DNA of 64,000 nucleotides from an archaeon (GCA_043803745.1 JAZDJS010000049.1:1-64000), one strand, 5' to 3'. Shown: positions 18,939 through 28,738, counted from the first letter of the stretch. Translations and numbers: made by a program. Notes: generated from the sequence alone by a model not told the origin.

Positions 18939-19810
18939 TATAAAGCAAGTTCCGGAAAGAACAAAATGTCTGGCGTGAAGTTTCTGACATATCGGGCCTG
19001 GCTGTATTACCTTTCGACCAGTTCCCCCCCCCCCGTCGAAACTTAAACTGACTTTTTGGATCTTTTCCAGAAGCCTCCTCAGGCTTTTTCTGGGGATGGA
19101 AAAAACCGACTCTCTTTTGAAACATTTGGCGGAATTTGAAATAGAAACCAGAATAGGCAAGGCAAAATTCGTGAACACTTGTTTCGGAACGTTGAACCTC
19201 TGGGAACTTTTTTCTGGGGAGTTTTGCAGGGATGTTTCTCTGAGGCGCAAGGACGCAATAGTGCTCGACGTCGGAGCTAACTGGGGACTTTATTCTATAA
19301 AGGTCGCGGTGGCGAACCCTCAAGCCGAAATATATGCGTTTGAACCGGTAGGTTTCCTTTATTCAAAACTGAAAAAAAACATTGAAATTTCTGGAGCCAA
19401 AAACATAAGACCTTTCGAACTTGGTCTTGGAGACTTCAAAGGAAAAGCAAAGATACGTGACGACGGTTCTATTTTGAGCAAAGGTGCAGTCATAGAAACG
19501 GTGAAAATAGACTTGCTTGACAATTTCGTCTTGAAGAATAGAATAAATCGTGTCGATTATGTGAAAGTTGATATTGAGGGCGCGGAATACAAGTTTCTTC
19601 TTGGGGCGAAAAGATCGCTCAAAAAGTGGAAACCCTCACTGTCTATAGAGCTACACCCTTGGAATTGCAAAAATGTCGATGTGAAAATTTCAAAACTGTT
19701 GAGAACGCTAGGATATGAACACGTGTGGGTTCCGAAAGAAGACAAACGGCTCCTCAGAGCGGAGCCGAATTAGCCGCGTTTTTCCTCAAGTTGCCGCAAG
19801 CTGCGAGCAT
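18906..19810. repeat. 15-bp direct repeats (duplicated hypC 3' end) flanking the FkbM gene
   Basis: GCAAGCTGCGAGCAT at 18906-18920 and 19796-19810. Confidence 0.85.
18966..19773 (+). CDS. FkbM-family methyltransferase, frameshifted at a C11 tract (intact part 19096-19773)
   Basis: VLDVGANWG, AFEP, KVDIEGAE; ATG 18966 joins the main frame if C11 at 19024-19034 is C10. Confidence 0.8.
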
Positions 19811-19841
19811 AGCCACGGCAAGCACTAGCTGAATCCCCAAG

Positions 19842-20543
19842 TCAACCTAGGACTGCATCCAGATTCCGCCTATTGATTTTCTCAAGCAGCTTCGCCTGGC
19901 GCTTTGTCAGGATTTCCGCCGCAAAATTCCAGTGCAAGGCGAGATAATCCCCTTTCTCCGGGGCGCGCCCCAGGAATTCGGCGTCAATCTTCACATTGGT
20001 TTTCCGAAGCTTGCCGAACCTTCCGTTCTTCTCGACAAAGCGCCTTTCGGCAAATCCGTTCCCGAGATACCTTGCCGGGGAAATTATGCAGTTGTTCTCG
20101 GTTGCGCGGGTAGCCGGAACTGAGCCGGTTATCGTGTGTATGAAAAAGACGTGGAATGAGTGATGCGGCACAGCCGAAGCGGGAACTTTCGAAGCAAGGC
20201 TTTCGGCAATTCTCCTAGGGAGCCCCCGCTTGGAAAAGGTTCCCCTGATTAGATTGGAAAGTTCCGCTTGCCAGCTGCCCTCAATCAGCTTTCCCCCGGT
20301 GAAATGGGCGCGGACGACCTTTTCGTCAAGCGGGTCCCTTATTCCGCGGGCCCTGGAAATCATCCGCAGGTATGGATAGAGGGCTTCGAACCTTTCAAGG
20401 GCTTTCCTTACCTGGGGGGCGCCTTTTCCCGTACAAACAAAATTATACAAGGAATCTCCAGTCCCCTTCGGCCCGCAATAGCCAAGGCTGTTCGTGACAT
20501 AACCGTATCTTGCGGCAAGCAGGATTCCTTCCGAGTCTGACAT
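19842..20543 (-). CDS. DUF6390-like hydrogenase-associated protein
   Basis: ARYGY..NSLGYCGP, FE..YPYL..I, DPLD.KVV.A, PHHSFHV, GD.LALHW. Confidence 0.75.
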   Translation of the reverse strand: MSDSEGILLAARYGYVTNSLGYCGPKGTGDSLYNFVCTGKGAPQVRKALERFEALYPYLRMISRARGIRDPLDEKVVRAHFTGGKLIEGSWQAELSNLIRGTFSKRGLPRRIAESLASKVPASAVPHHSFHVFFIHTITGSVPATRATENNCIISPARYLGNGFAERRFVEKNGRFGKLRKTNVKIDAEFLGRAPEKGDYLALHWNFAAEILTKRQAKLLEKINRRNLDAVLG

Positions 20544-20549
20544 TTCGCC

Positions 20550-21431
20550 TCAAGCCGAAGAGGCGGGTTTTCCGGATTCGAAGGCGAAAAGCGCAAGGGC
20601 GCCTGCCAAGACAAGCCCCGCCCCGAGCCCTTGGGAAACTGTCGGAAATGAAATTCCGGAGGAGAGGGCGAATGTGACTAGGGGCGAAAGCGAGAGAACC
20701 GCCGTTGTGCTGAAAGCTCCGAAATGCTTTATTGCCGAGAAATACAGGAAGGAATACGCAAGCAAAACTCCTGCAAGGGCAAGCGTCCAGCCAAATGAAT
20801 TGAATGCAATTGACCAGTCAGTAGTCCTCCTGAAAAGGAGGAATGCCCCTAGAACCGGGAGCCCTCCCGCGAACCTGAAAAATGAAATCGTTTTCGCCGG
20901 GATTCCCGAAAGGAACTTTTCGGCAAGAAGCGCCTCCCCCGCCCATAGGGCTGTTGCTCCAAGAATCATCAGGTCGCCGGAATTGAAAGAAAGATTCGCA
21001 ACCCTCCAGAAAAGGAAATTCCCGGCAAGAAGCGCTGCCGAGATAGCTGCCCTTGATGCGGAAAGCTTCCTTAGGGCAAATACGGAAGCAACGAGGACAA
21101 ACACAAACATCGACTTGTGGAAGAAATTCGCCGAAACCGCCGAGGTTTCCTTCAGCCCGAGGAAGAAAAGGAGGAATGCGAGTCCTCCGGACAGGAAGGC
21201 GACATATGCAAGCGGGAGAGCAGTCTTCCCGGAAAATGCGGATTTCGCGCTTTTGATGTTTCTGACAAGAAAAAGCCCGAGGAAAACGGCAACAATCAGG
21301 TTTTTCAGGAATGAGAAGAGGACCGGGTCGGTCTGGCCAACCGCAAACCGGTTCAGGTAGATTGAAAACCCGCTTGTGGCTGCCGCGCCCAGCGCGAAAA
21401 GAAACCCCTTCCTGTTTTTTCCGACAAACAT
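20550..21431 (-). CDS. DMT/EamA family transporter
   Basis: About 10 TMs, GGLAFLLFFLGL, GDLMILGATALWA. Confidence 0.85.
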   Translation of the reverse strand: MFVGKNRKGFLFALGAAATSGFSIYLNRFAVGQTDPVLFSFLKNLIVAVFLGLFLVRNIKSAKSAFSGKTALPLAYVAFLSGGLAFLLFFLGLKETSAVSANFFHKSMFVFVLVASVFALRKLSASRAAISAALLAGNFLFWRVANLSFNSGDLMILGATALWAGEALLAEKFLSGIPAKTISFFRFAGGLPVLGAFLLFRRTTDWSIAFNSFGWTLALAGVLLAYSFLYFSAIKHFGAFSTTAVLSLSPLVTFALSSGISFPTVSQGLGAGLVLAGALALFAFESGKPASSA

Positions 21432-21475
21432 TCAAGCTATCTGGAACTGACAATTAAAAAACGTTTGGATTCCTT

Positions 21476-23104
21476 TTATTCCAGGGCAATCTCAAACCCG
21501 ACCGAAGGCTGGTCAATCCCGTGGTTCTCAAGAACCTGCGGATGGAGTTCCCCAATGTGGCCCAGAACCGCCCCTTCGGAGGAAATCTCCGCCTGCCTCC
21601 CCGGAAGGAACGTCGCCTTCTCCGAGGGCGAGAAGGAAACCTGGGAAATTCCAAGCTGCTTCAGGAGGCGCTCAATTTGCCCCTTGACAGTCTCAAAAGT
21701 CCCGCCGGAAAAGATTGCTGCAAGCCGCCGCTCGGTCCGGCAATTGACGTCTATCTCAGAGTCAAGGACAACGACGTCGCCAGCTTCGAAAATCGCCTGG
21801 GGATATTGGTTGTGCTTGTTAAGCTCAAGTATTGCGACAAGCGAGGGCAGGAGCTCGTCTCTGAGAAGCGTGAATTCCTCGGTTTTCGGGTTCGAGACCT
21901 GCGCAACCGGGCGCTCCGGCTCGTTCATTTTCCCAAAAAGCTTCTGTGCGCTTGTCATTGCAAAGGTATAGACCTCCTGATAGCCTAGGCCAATCATTGC
22001 GTCCTTTGCCTTGTTGCTCCGCGCAATTACCGGATGCTCGCGCCCGATCGAGGGGAGGGCGGGGATTTCCGGATCGAAGCTCGGATAGCCCAAACCTATC
22101 GCAACATCCTCGACAAGGTCGAACTGATGGAGAATGTCCGTGCGATATGCGGGGACCGAGACTTCCAGCGTGTCCGAATCAATTTCCCCGACTCCGAACC
22201 TCATGCGCTCAAGAGCGCCGGCAATTTCGTCGGCGGGAAGCTCAGCTCCAAGAAGCTTCCTCGCATAGGAAAGGGAAAACTTCATTTTCTCGGGGGAAAG
22301 GAACGGCGTCACATCATCCCCAGAATGGACAAGCTCTATCTGCGCGCCGCGCTCGGCAAGCCCGGTTGCGATTATCGTGCAGGCTTTCTGGACCGCATCC
22401 TCGTCAGTTCCGGTAACGTCAATCAGGAGGTTCCTCGTTGCCGGAGTCACGCGCGTAGCCCTGCTGTTTATTATCGGGGGCATTGAAAGGACCTGCCCGG
22501 ATGAGTCGACAATCAGGGGGTAGAGCTTCTTCCCCTCGAGGAGGTGCGCGTATTCCTGTCCCTTCGGATGCCTTTCGAGGATTTTCCGGCAGGTGAGGGA
22601 GAATTCCATCTCAAGGGGAATGAAGGAAACGCTGTCAGGTTCGACCGCTGTGTAGGTTATCGGGAACTTGATTTTGTCGAAATCATGTATGCCGATCGCA
22701 ACCTTCCGCCTTTTCCGCCCGTGCGTCTGGTGGAGCTTTTCCTGGATTTGCATTATCGAGGCAACGGTCTGGTCGTCCATCGCAACTCCGCGGACAATTG
22801 CAAAGGAAACGAAGGGCCTTACATCGCGCACGAGCGGGTCTATCTTCGCCGAATTTCCGGCGGGAATCGGGGAGTAGAGCCGCAGCCCCCGCTCAATTCC
22901 GAGGATTCCCTTGAGGGCGCGCGCAGCGCCTTCAATCATCAGTAGGTCAGGCCTGTTCGGGAAAACCTCTATTTTGAGCAAGTCCCCCTCCGGAGCTTCG
23001 GGCGGGCAGCCATACATTGCGAAAAAGTCCAGGAGCTCGCCCTTGGAAATCTCCGGGTTCCCCATGAGCCGCATGAGGTCGAAAAGGGAGAACTCAGTTA
23101 TCAT
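21476..23104 (-). CDS. pheT: Phenylalanyl-tRNA synthetase beta subunit (archaeal)
   Basis: PNRPDLL, QEKLH.T.GRKRRKVAIGIHD, SMPPIINS, YRTDILH..DLVEDVAI. Confidence 0.95.
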   Translation of the reverse strand: MITEFSLFDLMRLMGNPEISKGELLDFFAMYGCPPEAPEGDLLKIEVFPNRPDLLMIEGAARALKGILGIERGLRLYSPIPAGNSAKIDPLVRDVRPFVSFAIVRGVAMDDQTVASIMQIQEKLHQTHGRKRRKVAIGIHDFDKIKFPITYTAVEPDSVSFIPLEMEFSLTCRKILERHPKGQEYAHLLEGKKLYPLIVDSSGQVLSMPPIINSRATRVTPATRNLLIDVTGTDEDAVQKACTIIATGLAERGAQIELVHSGDDVTPFLSPEKMKFSLSYARKLLGAELPADEIAGALERMRFGVGEIDSDTLEVSVPAYRTDILHQFDLVEDVAIGLGYPSFDPEIPALPSIGREHPVIARSNKAKDAMIGLGYQEVYTFAMTSAQKLFGKMNEPERPVAQVSNPKTEEFTLLRDELLPSLVAILELNKHNQYPQAIFEAGDVVVLDSEIDVNCRTERRLAAIFSGGTFETVKGQIERLLKQLGISQVSFSPSEKATFLPGRQAEISSEGAVLGHIGELHPQVLENHGIDQPSVGFEIALE

Positions 23105-24603
23105 GGGAGGACAACCTCCGAAAGCCAGGAAAGGTCGTTCTGATAGTTCATTCGTATGTCCGTTTGCGCGAGTTTCAGCATTGCAAGCCGGTCAAGCCCG
23201 AGGCCCCACGCAAGGACGGGATACTCAAGCCCCGTCAGCGGCTTGACAACCTCCGGCCTGAAAATCCCCGCCCCTCCAAGCTCCATCCATCCCTTGCCCT
23301 CGATATAAACTTCCGGCTCAACTGACATTTCAGTATATGGGAAATATGCCGGACGGAACCTCACCCGCTCGAAACCCATCTGCCCTACATAGAACTCGCG
23401 CAAATAGCCGAGGAGGTTCCTGAAGGTAACGTTCTCGTCAAAAACAATACCCTCGACCTGGTAGAGCTCGGCAAGGTGCTTGTAGTCGAGGGTTTCGTTC
23501 CGGTAGACTTTGTCAATTGTGAATATTTTCGCGGGGGGTTTGTATTTGACAAGGGAGCGGGCGGAAACTGCCGTAGTGTGCGTGCGGAGAACCAGCTGGC
23601 GGGTTATTTCCTCGGACCAGGTGCCCCCCCAGCCCCTTCTTGAGCCAGTTATTCCGTGCTCGTGTGCCGCCTTCACCTTCGGAACAAGAAGTTCCGGGAC
23701 ATTCGCCCTTGAAGGGGTTGAGAGATAGAAAGTGTCCGCAAGGTCGCGCGCGGGATGGTCCTGGGGCTGGAAAAGGGCGTCGAAACACCAAAAGGTCGAT
23801 TCGACGAAGGGGCCCCGCTCCTCGGTGAATCCCATCTGGAGGAAAATCCTCCTTACCTGCTCGATTATCGAATGAAGGGGGTGGTGTTTCCCTGTCCTTG
23901 GAACGGGGGCTTGCGCATTCATATCGAACGCGCGGAATTCCAACTCCCGCCATTTCCCGGTTTCCAAAAGCTCCGGGGTAAGGCTCGTTTCCTTCGCCCT
24001 TATTCCCGAGGCAACCAGGTTGAGACCGGCTTCAGTTATCCTTGCCCTGTGTTCTTTCCGCTCGACCGGAACCGCCCATTTCCTGTGGACAAGGAGTTTT
24101 GCGACATCCTCCATAAGGGGCCCTGCACTTGACAGGATTTTCCCAAGCGCGTCCTCTTCGGGGGTTTTCAAGCTTAGGAAATCCGCGCCCCGGGGGGTTA
24201 CCGAAACTATTGTTTCTCCGTCAATTTTGGTTATTTCCACAAGCCCGGCTTTCTTGAGATGGCCAATTGAGATTGAAACAAGCTGTTCGTCAAGCCCGAC
24301 TTTTGCGGAAATCCTTGGAAGCGAGGTGTTCCCGGTTGAAAGAAGCGCTAAGATGATTTTCTTTTCCGGGAGGCCCTCCTTTGCAACCTGCGCGCCCTCC
24401 TGGGTTATCTTGAAAAGGAGGTCCGCCTTTTCCGCAAGCTCGGCGAATCCCTTCGTTGAGAGGAAATAGGCAGTCCTCGTCGCCGAGATTTTCTCGATTC
24501 CCGCAACCTTTGCAAGCTGCTCTGTTGAGATTTCCCCGCCGGAGGCTCCGGCAAGAGCCTTGAGAACCGCTATTTCAAGCGGGTGGAGGTCTGGTCCGAT
24601 CAT
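23101..24603 (-). CDS. pheS: Phenylalanyl-tRNA synthetase alpha subunit (archaeal)
   Basis: FDALFQPQDHPARD, LRTHTT, YRNE, YFPYTE, WGLGLDRLAM; start MIGPD. Confidence 0.95.
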   Translation of the reverse strand: MIGPDLHPLEIAVLKALAGASGGEISTEQLAKVAGIEKISATRTAYFLSTKGFAELAEKADLLFKITQEGAQVAKEGLPEKKIILALLSTGNTSLPRISAKVGLDEQLVSISIGHLKKAGLVEITKIDGETIVSVTPRGADFLSLKTPEEDALGKILSSAGPLMEDVAKLLVHRKWAVPVERKEHRARITEAGLNLVASGIRAKETSLTPELLETGKWRELEFRAFDMNAQAPVPRTGKHHPLHSIIEQVRRIFLQMGFTEERGPFVESTFWCFDALFQPQDHPARDLADTFYLSTPSRANVPELLVPKVKAAHEHGITGSRRGWGGTWSEEITRQLVLRTHTTAVSARSLVKYKPPAKIFTIDKVYRNETLDYKHLAELYQVEGIVFDENVTFRNLLGYLREFYVGQMGFERVRFRPAYFPYTEMSVEPEVYIEGKGWMELGGAGIFRPEVVKPLTGLEYPVLAWGLGLDRLAMLKLAQTDIRMNYQNDLSWLSEVVLP

Positions 24604-24659
24604 TCTTCTAGGGAAAAAACGGGGAAGAATAAAAGGGTTTTGCTGGGCTGAGCTTTGCA

Positions 24660-25448
24660 CTAAAAAGCTTCCCTTTCCCGTGCAGCCAACGCTTCATATG
24701 CGCCGGTTAGGAAACCCGTTTCGCTTGAAAGGACTGCGAAGTGCGTTGGCGGGCCGATTGCCCCGCACAATCCGCTTATTTCCTCGCAAACTGCGCCCAG
24801 ATATGCAACGCAGCCGGAAAAGTCGCCAAGCGAAACGGCTCCTGCTGGCGGCGGCCAGGCGGTTTCCTTCAAATCTCCCTTGTGGCGAAGCGCATGCCCG
24901 CCAAGAGCGGATTTGTAGGGCAGTCCCGCAGAATCCAAGCAAGTGCTGACTGTTCTTTTTCCAATCTCCTCAAGAGCGGCCTTTTTTTCTCCGAGTTCAT
25001 TCCAGAGTTCAATGTATTTGTCTATATCCGGGTCAACCGAGCTCAGGTAAATTGCAGTCCCGTCAAGGCCCGCCACAAGAATTCCGACGTTATACTGTAG
25101 GTCTGGCGCGGCATTTTTGAAAAAATCCGTTCCTTCGTAGCCGTTCGTCAATTCGTTGAAAATTTCTTGCCTTCTCCTTCTGAAGCCTTGGATGCTTTCG
25201 AAATATCTGCTGACAACATCCTCAACGCAAGCATCCGAAGGGATTTTCTTTGCGAGCCTTCGGGATCGTATGGCATCTCCTGCAGTTCCGAGGAGAAGCT
25301 TTCCGCGTTTGAAGATTTTCCTGTTAACATAACCCGGAAGCGGGTTGGCTGTGCAGGCAGTCCCATCTGGGCCTAGTTCAGCAACTTCCTGCCCGTCGGA
25401 AACAATGAAAACTTTCCCTGGCGCGGCAATTGCTCCAAGATAGGTCAT
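24660..25448 (-). CDS. Hypothetical protein, possible Ntn-hydrolase (HslV/proteasome beta-like)
   Basis: M-T N-terminus, IVSDGQ, RKIF, LLLGTAGD. Confidence 0.5.
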   Translation of the reverse strand: MTYLGAIAAPGKVFIVSDGQEVAELGPDGTACTANPLPGYVNRKIFKRGKLLLGTAGDAIRSRRLAKKIPSDACVEDVVSRYFESIQGFRRRRQEIFNELTNGYEGTDFFKNAAPDLQYNVGILVAGLDGTAIYLSSVDPDIDKYIELWNELGEKKAALEEIGKRTVSTCLDSAGLPYKSALGGHALRHKGDLKETAWPPPAGAVSLGDFSGCVAYLGAVCEEISGLCGAIGPPTHFAVLSSETGFLTGAYEALAAREREAF

Positions 25449-25500
25449 TAAACCACTTGGAAATGGTAAGTTATTAAACTTTGCGGGTTTTACTGGTTTC

Positions 25501-25803
25501 CTAGGACATTACAAGCCCGAAACCGGCTTCGGCAGCCTTTTCCTGGTCCTTGACTGCGGTGATTATCTGCGCGCCTTCATCTCCCTCAACCTCCGGATAT
25601 GGCTTGAGGTTTTCGGCGTTCTTGAGGAAGAATTCAATTGGCGCTGAAACTATCAGGAAATAATCCTCGCCCTTGAGGTTTAGCGCCTTCGCAGACTTGA
25701 GAAAATACCCTTGGGTCTTGAAATCATCCTTCTCGAGAAGCTCGGACTTCGCCTTGTCAAGTTCGGAGGGGGCAATCTTGAAAACCTTCTCGGCAAAGGA
25801 CAT
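25501..25803 (-). CDS. Small hypothetical protein coupled to sepF
   Basis: 100-aa ORF whose start overlaps the sepF stop. Confidence 0.7.
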   Translation of the reverse strand: MSFAEKVFKIAPSELDKAKSELLEKDDFKTQGYFLKSAKALNLKGEDYFLIVSAPIEFFLKNAENLKPYPEVEGDEGAQIITAVKDQEKAAEAGFGLVMS

Positions 25804-26198
25804 CAGAACGCGCTCTCCTTCTCAACCCGTATCTTGTCGGAAACGACAAGGAGCCACTTTGTGTCAAGCCCCAGTATTTCCCCGCCGAGCCGAGCGCAGG
25901 CAACCTTGACCTTCGAAATGCCCCGCTTGACTTCCTCAACATCGTTTATGTTCGCAATGTTAATAAGAATCAGCTCGTGGGATTGGAGAAGGGTCCGAAC
26001 AAGATCCATTTCCTCCGCCCGGGTTGCCCTGATTATCTTAACCCGGTAGGGCTTCTTTCGTGCAGTCCCCGGCTCGTTCGGATTGTTCGCAAGCTCCTCA
26101 ATGGATTCCTCGAACTCCATGACATATTCGGTTGGAATTTCCTTTTTCTGGATGAATGGAAGCCGCCTCTTAATTGAACGGATAAGATTCTGTGCCAT
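25803..26198 (-). CDS. sepF: Archaeal cell division protein SepF
   Basis: ELILINIA, VKRGISKVK..C..LGGEI.GL..KWLLVV. Confidence 0.7.
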   Translation of the reverse strand: MAQNLIRSIKRRLPFIQKKEIPTEYVMEFEESIEELANNPNEPGTARKKPYRVKIIRATRAEEMDLVRTLLQSHELILINIANINDVEEVKRGISKVKVACARLGGEILGLDTKWLLVVSDKIRVEKESAF

Positions 26199-26225
26199 TC
26201 CGGGGTTCAGACGACAACGCCCGTT

Positions 26226-27194
26226 TTAATCCTTTTCTGTTTTGCCCATCCGATGCAGCAGTATCCCGTTGCGCTCGGAATAGTCGACCGCTGATTTCCG
26301 GAATTCCGTGGCGAAAAGGTGGAGGTGTGCCGGAACGCCGAGGAGGATTGACTTTTCCCTGAGAATGCGCACGGCCTGGACGGATGCATCCCTCGGGGAA
26401 ATGTCGCAAAGGTGGAGGGAACCGTTCACCGGCTGGAAAACGACAAGGTCGAAGGAAAGCCGCCGCTCGACAATCCCCTCCTTCCTTTCGAAGGAGAATC
26501 GGGAGAACTTGAAATTCCTCGTGAATTTTCCGCCGGGAAACTCTTGCTCGGCAAGGGGAAGAAACCCACCTTTCCCGCCCGGGCGCTCGGCCGGTCCCTC
26601 CGGCAAAGCAAGTTCCCTGTCCGGAAGAAAAAGCACCTGTTTCCCGCCCGGCACCTGCTCTTCCCCGACAAGGGAAAATTCGAAAAGCGGCTTGAGGGAG
26701 TGCTCAGCCTGGCTCCTTGGGCAGGGAAGGCTTTCCACTGGAAGAAAATTCCTCCGTTCAAGAGCAAGGAGAACCTCCTTTCCAAGGGATTTCTGGCGGG
26801 CCGAAAGGTAGATTTTCCTCAGCTTCTCAGCCGCCTTCGCCCTGTCAGTGAAGAAAATGAGGCCGTGCTTCCCGCCTCGGCCAATCTGGATTTTGTTAAT
26901 TGATTTCTTGAATTCGGGAGGCAGTTTCGAGAGGAGCGGGCCGAGAAGGTGTCTTACCGAGCGGTTCAACGCGGAAACCGCGCTTTTGTTGCTTAGTGCT
27001 CGGGAGAATTGGATTGAATAAAGGCGTTTAAGCTCGGAAACGGTCTGCTTTCCTCCCGCCTCCGCAAGCGCAAGCTCGAAAAGCTCCTTTTCAGTCCTTG
27101 GCTCAGAAGAGATTTTTTCCGGGAGGGCGCTTGAAAGCCGTGCGGTAAGAGTTGCCTCCCATTTCTCCCCGAAATCTATCTTAGCCCTTGGCAC
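26226..27194 (-). CDS. Hypothetical protein, possible degenerate PD-(D/E)XK C-terminus
   Basis: 322-aa ORF; SFDLVV..LHLCD..F..SAVDYSERNGI. Confidence 0.55.
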   Translation of the reverse strand: MPRAKIDFGEKWEATLTARLSSALPEKISSEPRTEKELFELALAEAGGKQTVSELKRLYSIQFSRALSNKSAVSALNRSVRHLLGPLLSKLPPEFKKSINKIQIGRGGKHGLIFFTDRAKAAEKLRKIYLSARQKSLGKEVLLALERRNFLPVESLPCPRSQAEHSLKPLFEFSLVGEEQVPGGKQVLFLPDRELALPEGPAERPGGKGGFLPLAEQEFPGGKFTRNFKFSRFSFERKEGIVERRLSFDLVVFQPVNGSLHLCDISPRDASVQAVRILREKSILLGVPAHLHLFATEFRKSAVDYSERNGILLHRMGKTEKD

Positions 27195-27295
27195 GGCTTG
27201 AAAAGGCGCCGGGCAGTTAAATTAGTTTCTTTGGGGTTTAAGGGAGGGTCCCCTGGAGGTAAAACCTTATTTACCTCAAGCTCCGGCCTTTTGCC

Positions 27296-27505
27296 ATGGT
27301 AGAAACTGGGACGATTGCAGTACAAGTCAAGCTTGCGGACGGCAAATCCGCAACTGTCGTGGGAATCCTAAAGAACGACGGGGACGATGTTGTTCTGAGG
27401 ACTGAAAAGCCGGGGGTTGAGCTGCATTTCAATTATGTCCCGCTCCTGGAATACCTTTTCTCGGTTGAGAAGGAAAGGAAGAAAATAAAGCTAAAGCGGA
27501 TGTGA
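27296..27505 (+). CDS. Small hypothetical protein
   Basis: 69-aa ORF with upstream TATA-like CTTATTTA. Confidence 0.6.
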   Translation: MVETGTIAVQVKLADGKSATVVGILKNDGDDVVLRTEKPGVELHFNYVPLLEYLFSVEKERKKIKLKRM

Positions 27506-27517
27506 GCTGGAAAGGGA

Positions 27518-27976
27518 ATGGTTTTCGAGGGAGAGCTCGTAATTGTCCTTAACGAGCCCGCTAGCGAGGAGGAGCTTGTTTTTTTCGCGCGGACCGTTTT
27601 CGAATTCCCCTCGCCAACGTTCGTAATCTGCAATTCCCCGCCTTCCGTGAAGAAGGGTGTTGCCGAGGTCAATAGGATTGCGGGCAATATGGGGAGGAGT
27701 GTCCTGATTGTCCCGGACTGGGGCGCGGCAATTGAGATGTTCAAGCCCGAACGGGTCTTCTATTTTGACCACAAGGTTACGAGGGGGCTTGATGTAAGGA
27801 AGATTGCCGAACCCCTCAAGGCGGACAAGACAGTTGTAATTGTTTTCGGCACCGCGCCCCTGAAGGGCATGGAACACCTAGGACTCGAGTCCGAGCTTCT
27901 CCTGCCAACCGCCGTCGGGATTGCAATCTACCTTGTGCAGGAAGCCCTCAATCCGGCAACTCCGACGCTAGTTTGA
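27518..27976 (+). CDS. DUF2122-like (SPOUT-fold) archaeal protein
   Basis: FARTVF, GVAEV.RIA..MGRSVL.VPD...AIE.FKP. Confidence 0.6.
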   Translation: MVFEGELVIVLNEPASEEELVFFARTVFEFPSPTFVICNSPPSVKKGVAEVNRIAGNMGRSVLIVPDWGAAIEMFKPERVFYFDHKVTRGLDVRKIAEPLKADKTVVIVFGTAPLKGMEHLGLESELLLPTAVGIAIYLVQEALNPATPTLV

Positions 27977-28738
27977 GATCTCCCTCTCAATTACAGGGAG
28001 GGCTTCCCTTGCTATTTCAGAAACGTTGAGGAGTTTGAGGTCATGGGGTGCTTTGATTGAGTATTCCCTGCATCCCTTGTAAAGGACCCTTAGCTTTCCT
28101 TTGGAGGAAGGATCAATAACCCTGTCGTTTTTTGAGTTTATTAAAACGACTGGCAGAGAAACTTCCTTTCCCGGCAAAGGGAGTTTGTAATTAACTATTG
28201 AAAGCCACTGCTCGTTTATGCTCCTTAGGTCAACTGAATAAAGCCCTGAAAGCGCGGGGATTGTTGAAACGACAAGAAAGCGATAGATTTTCCGGAGGGT
28301 TTCGGAAAATCTGCAGGGATAAAAGAAGAAATTTATGGCCGCCTTGCCCACTGGGCGGAAATATTCCCCGCCTAAGACTATGAACGCCTTTTCAAAATCG
28401 CACCGTTTCCCGCGGGCAATTATCTCGTTAGCAACGGCTGCACCGAAGCTCACTCCTATCAGGACCGGCCTCTTTAGCTTGAGGGCCCTCTTCCAGGCAA
28501 GAATTCTTTCGGCAAGCGCGGGGATTGAATTGTCCTCTGTGCAGTCCGACTCCCCCCGCCCCGGGTAGTCCGGGGAAAGAATCCTGAACTTGAGATTTCT
28601 CTCCCTTAGGAAGTCTTCAATGGAATTCCCAAGGAGGTCGCCTGGCTGGAGGAAGACAAGGGTCTTTTCCGGGTTCCTGCAGCAGTTGTCATAGTAAGAT
28701 ATTCGACTTCCTTTGACCTTGACTCTCTTCTTAGCCAT
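27968..28738 (-). CDS. Alpha/beta hydrolase
   Basis: PDYPGRGES, GVSFG nucleophile elbow, D.VI, APH. Confidence 0.8.
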   Translation of the reverse strand: MAKKRVKVKGSRISYYDNCCRNPEKTLVFLQPGDLLGNSIEDFLRERNLKFRILSPDYPGRGESDCTEDNSIPALAERILAWKRALKLKRPVLIGVSFGAAVANEIIARGKRCDFEKAFIVLGGEYFRPVGKAAINFFFYPCRFSETLRKIYRFLVVSTIPALSGLYSVDLRSINEQWLSIVNYKLPLPGKEVSLPVVLINSKNDRVIDPSSKGKLRVLYKGCREYSIKAPHDLKLLNVSEIAREALPVIEREISN

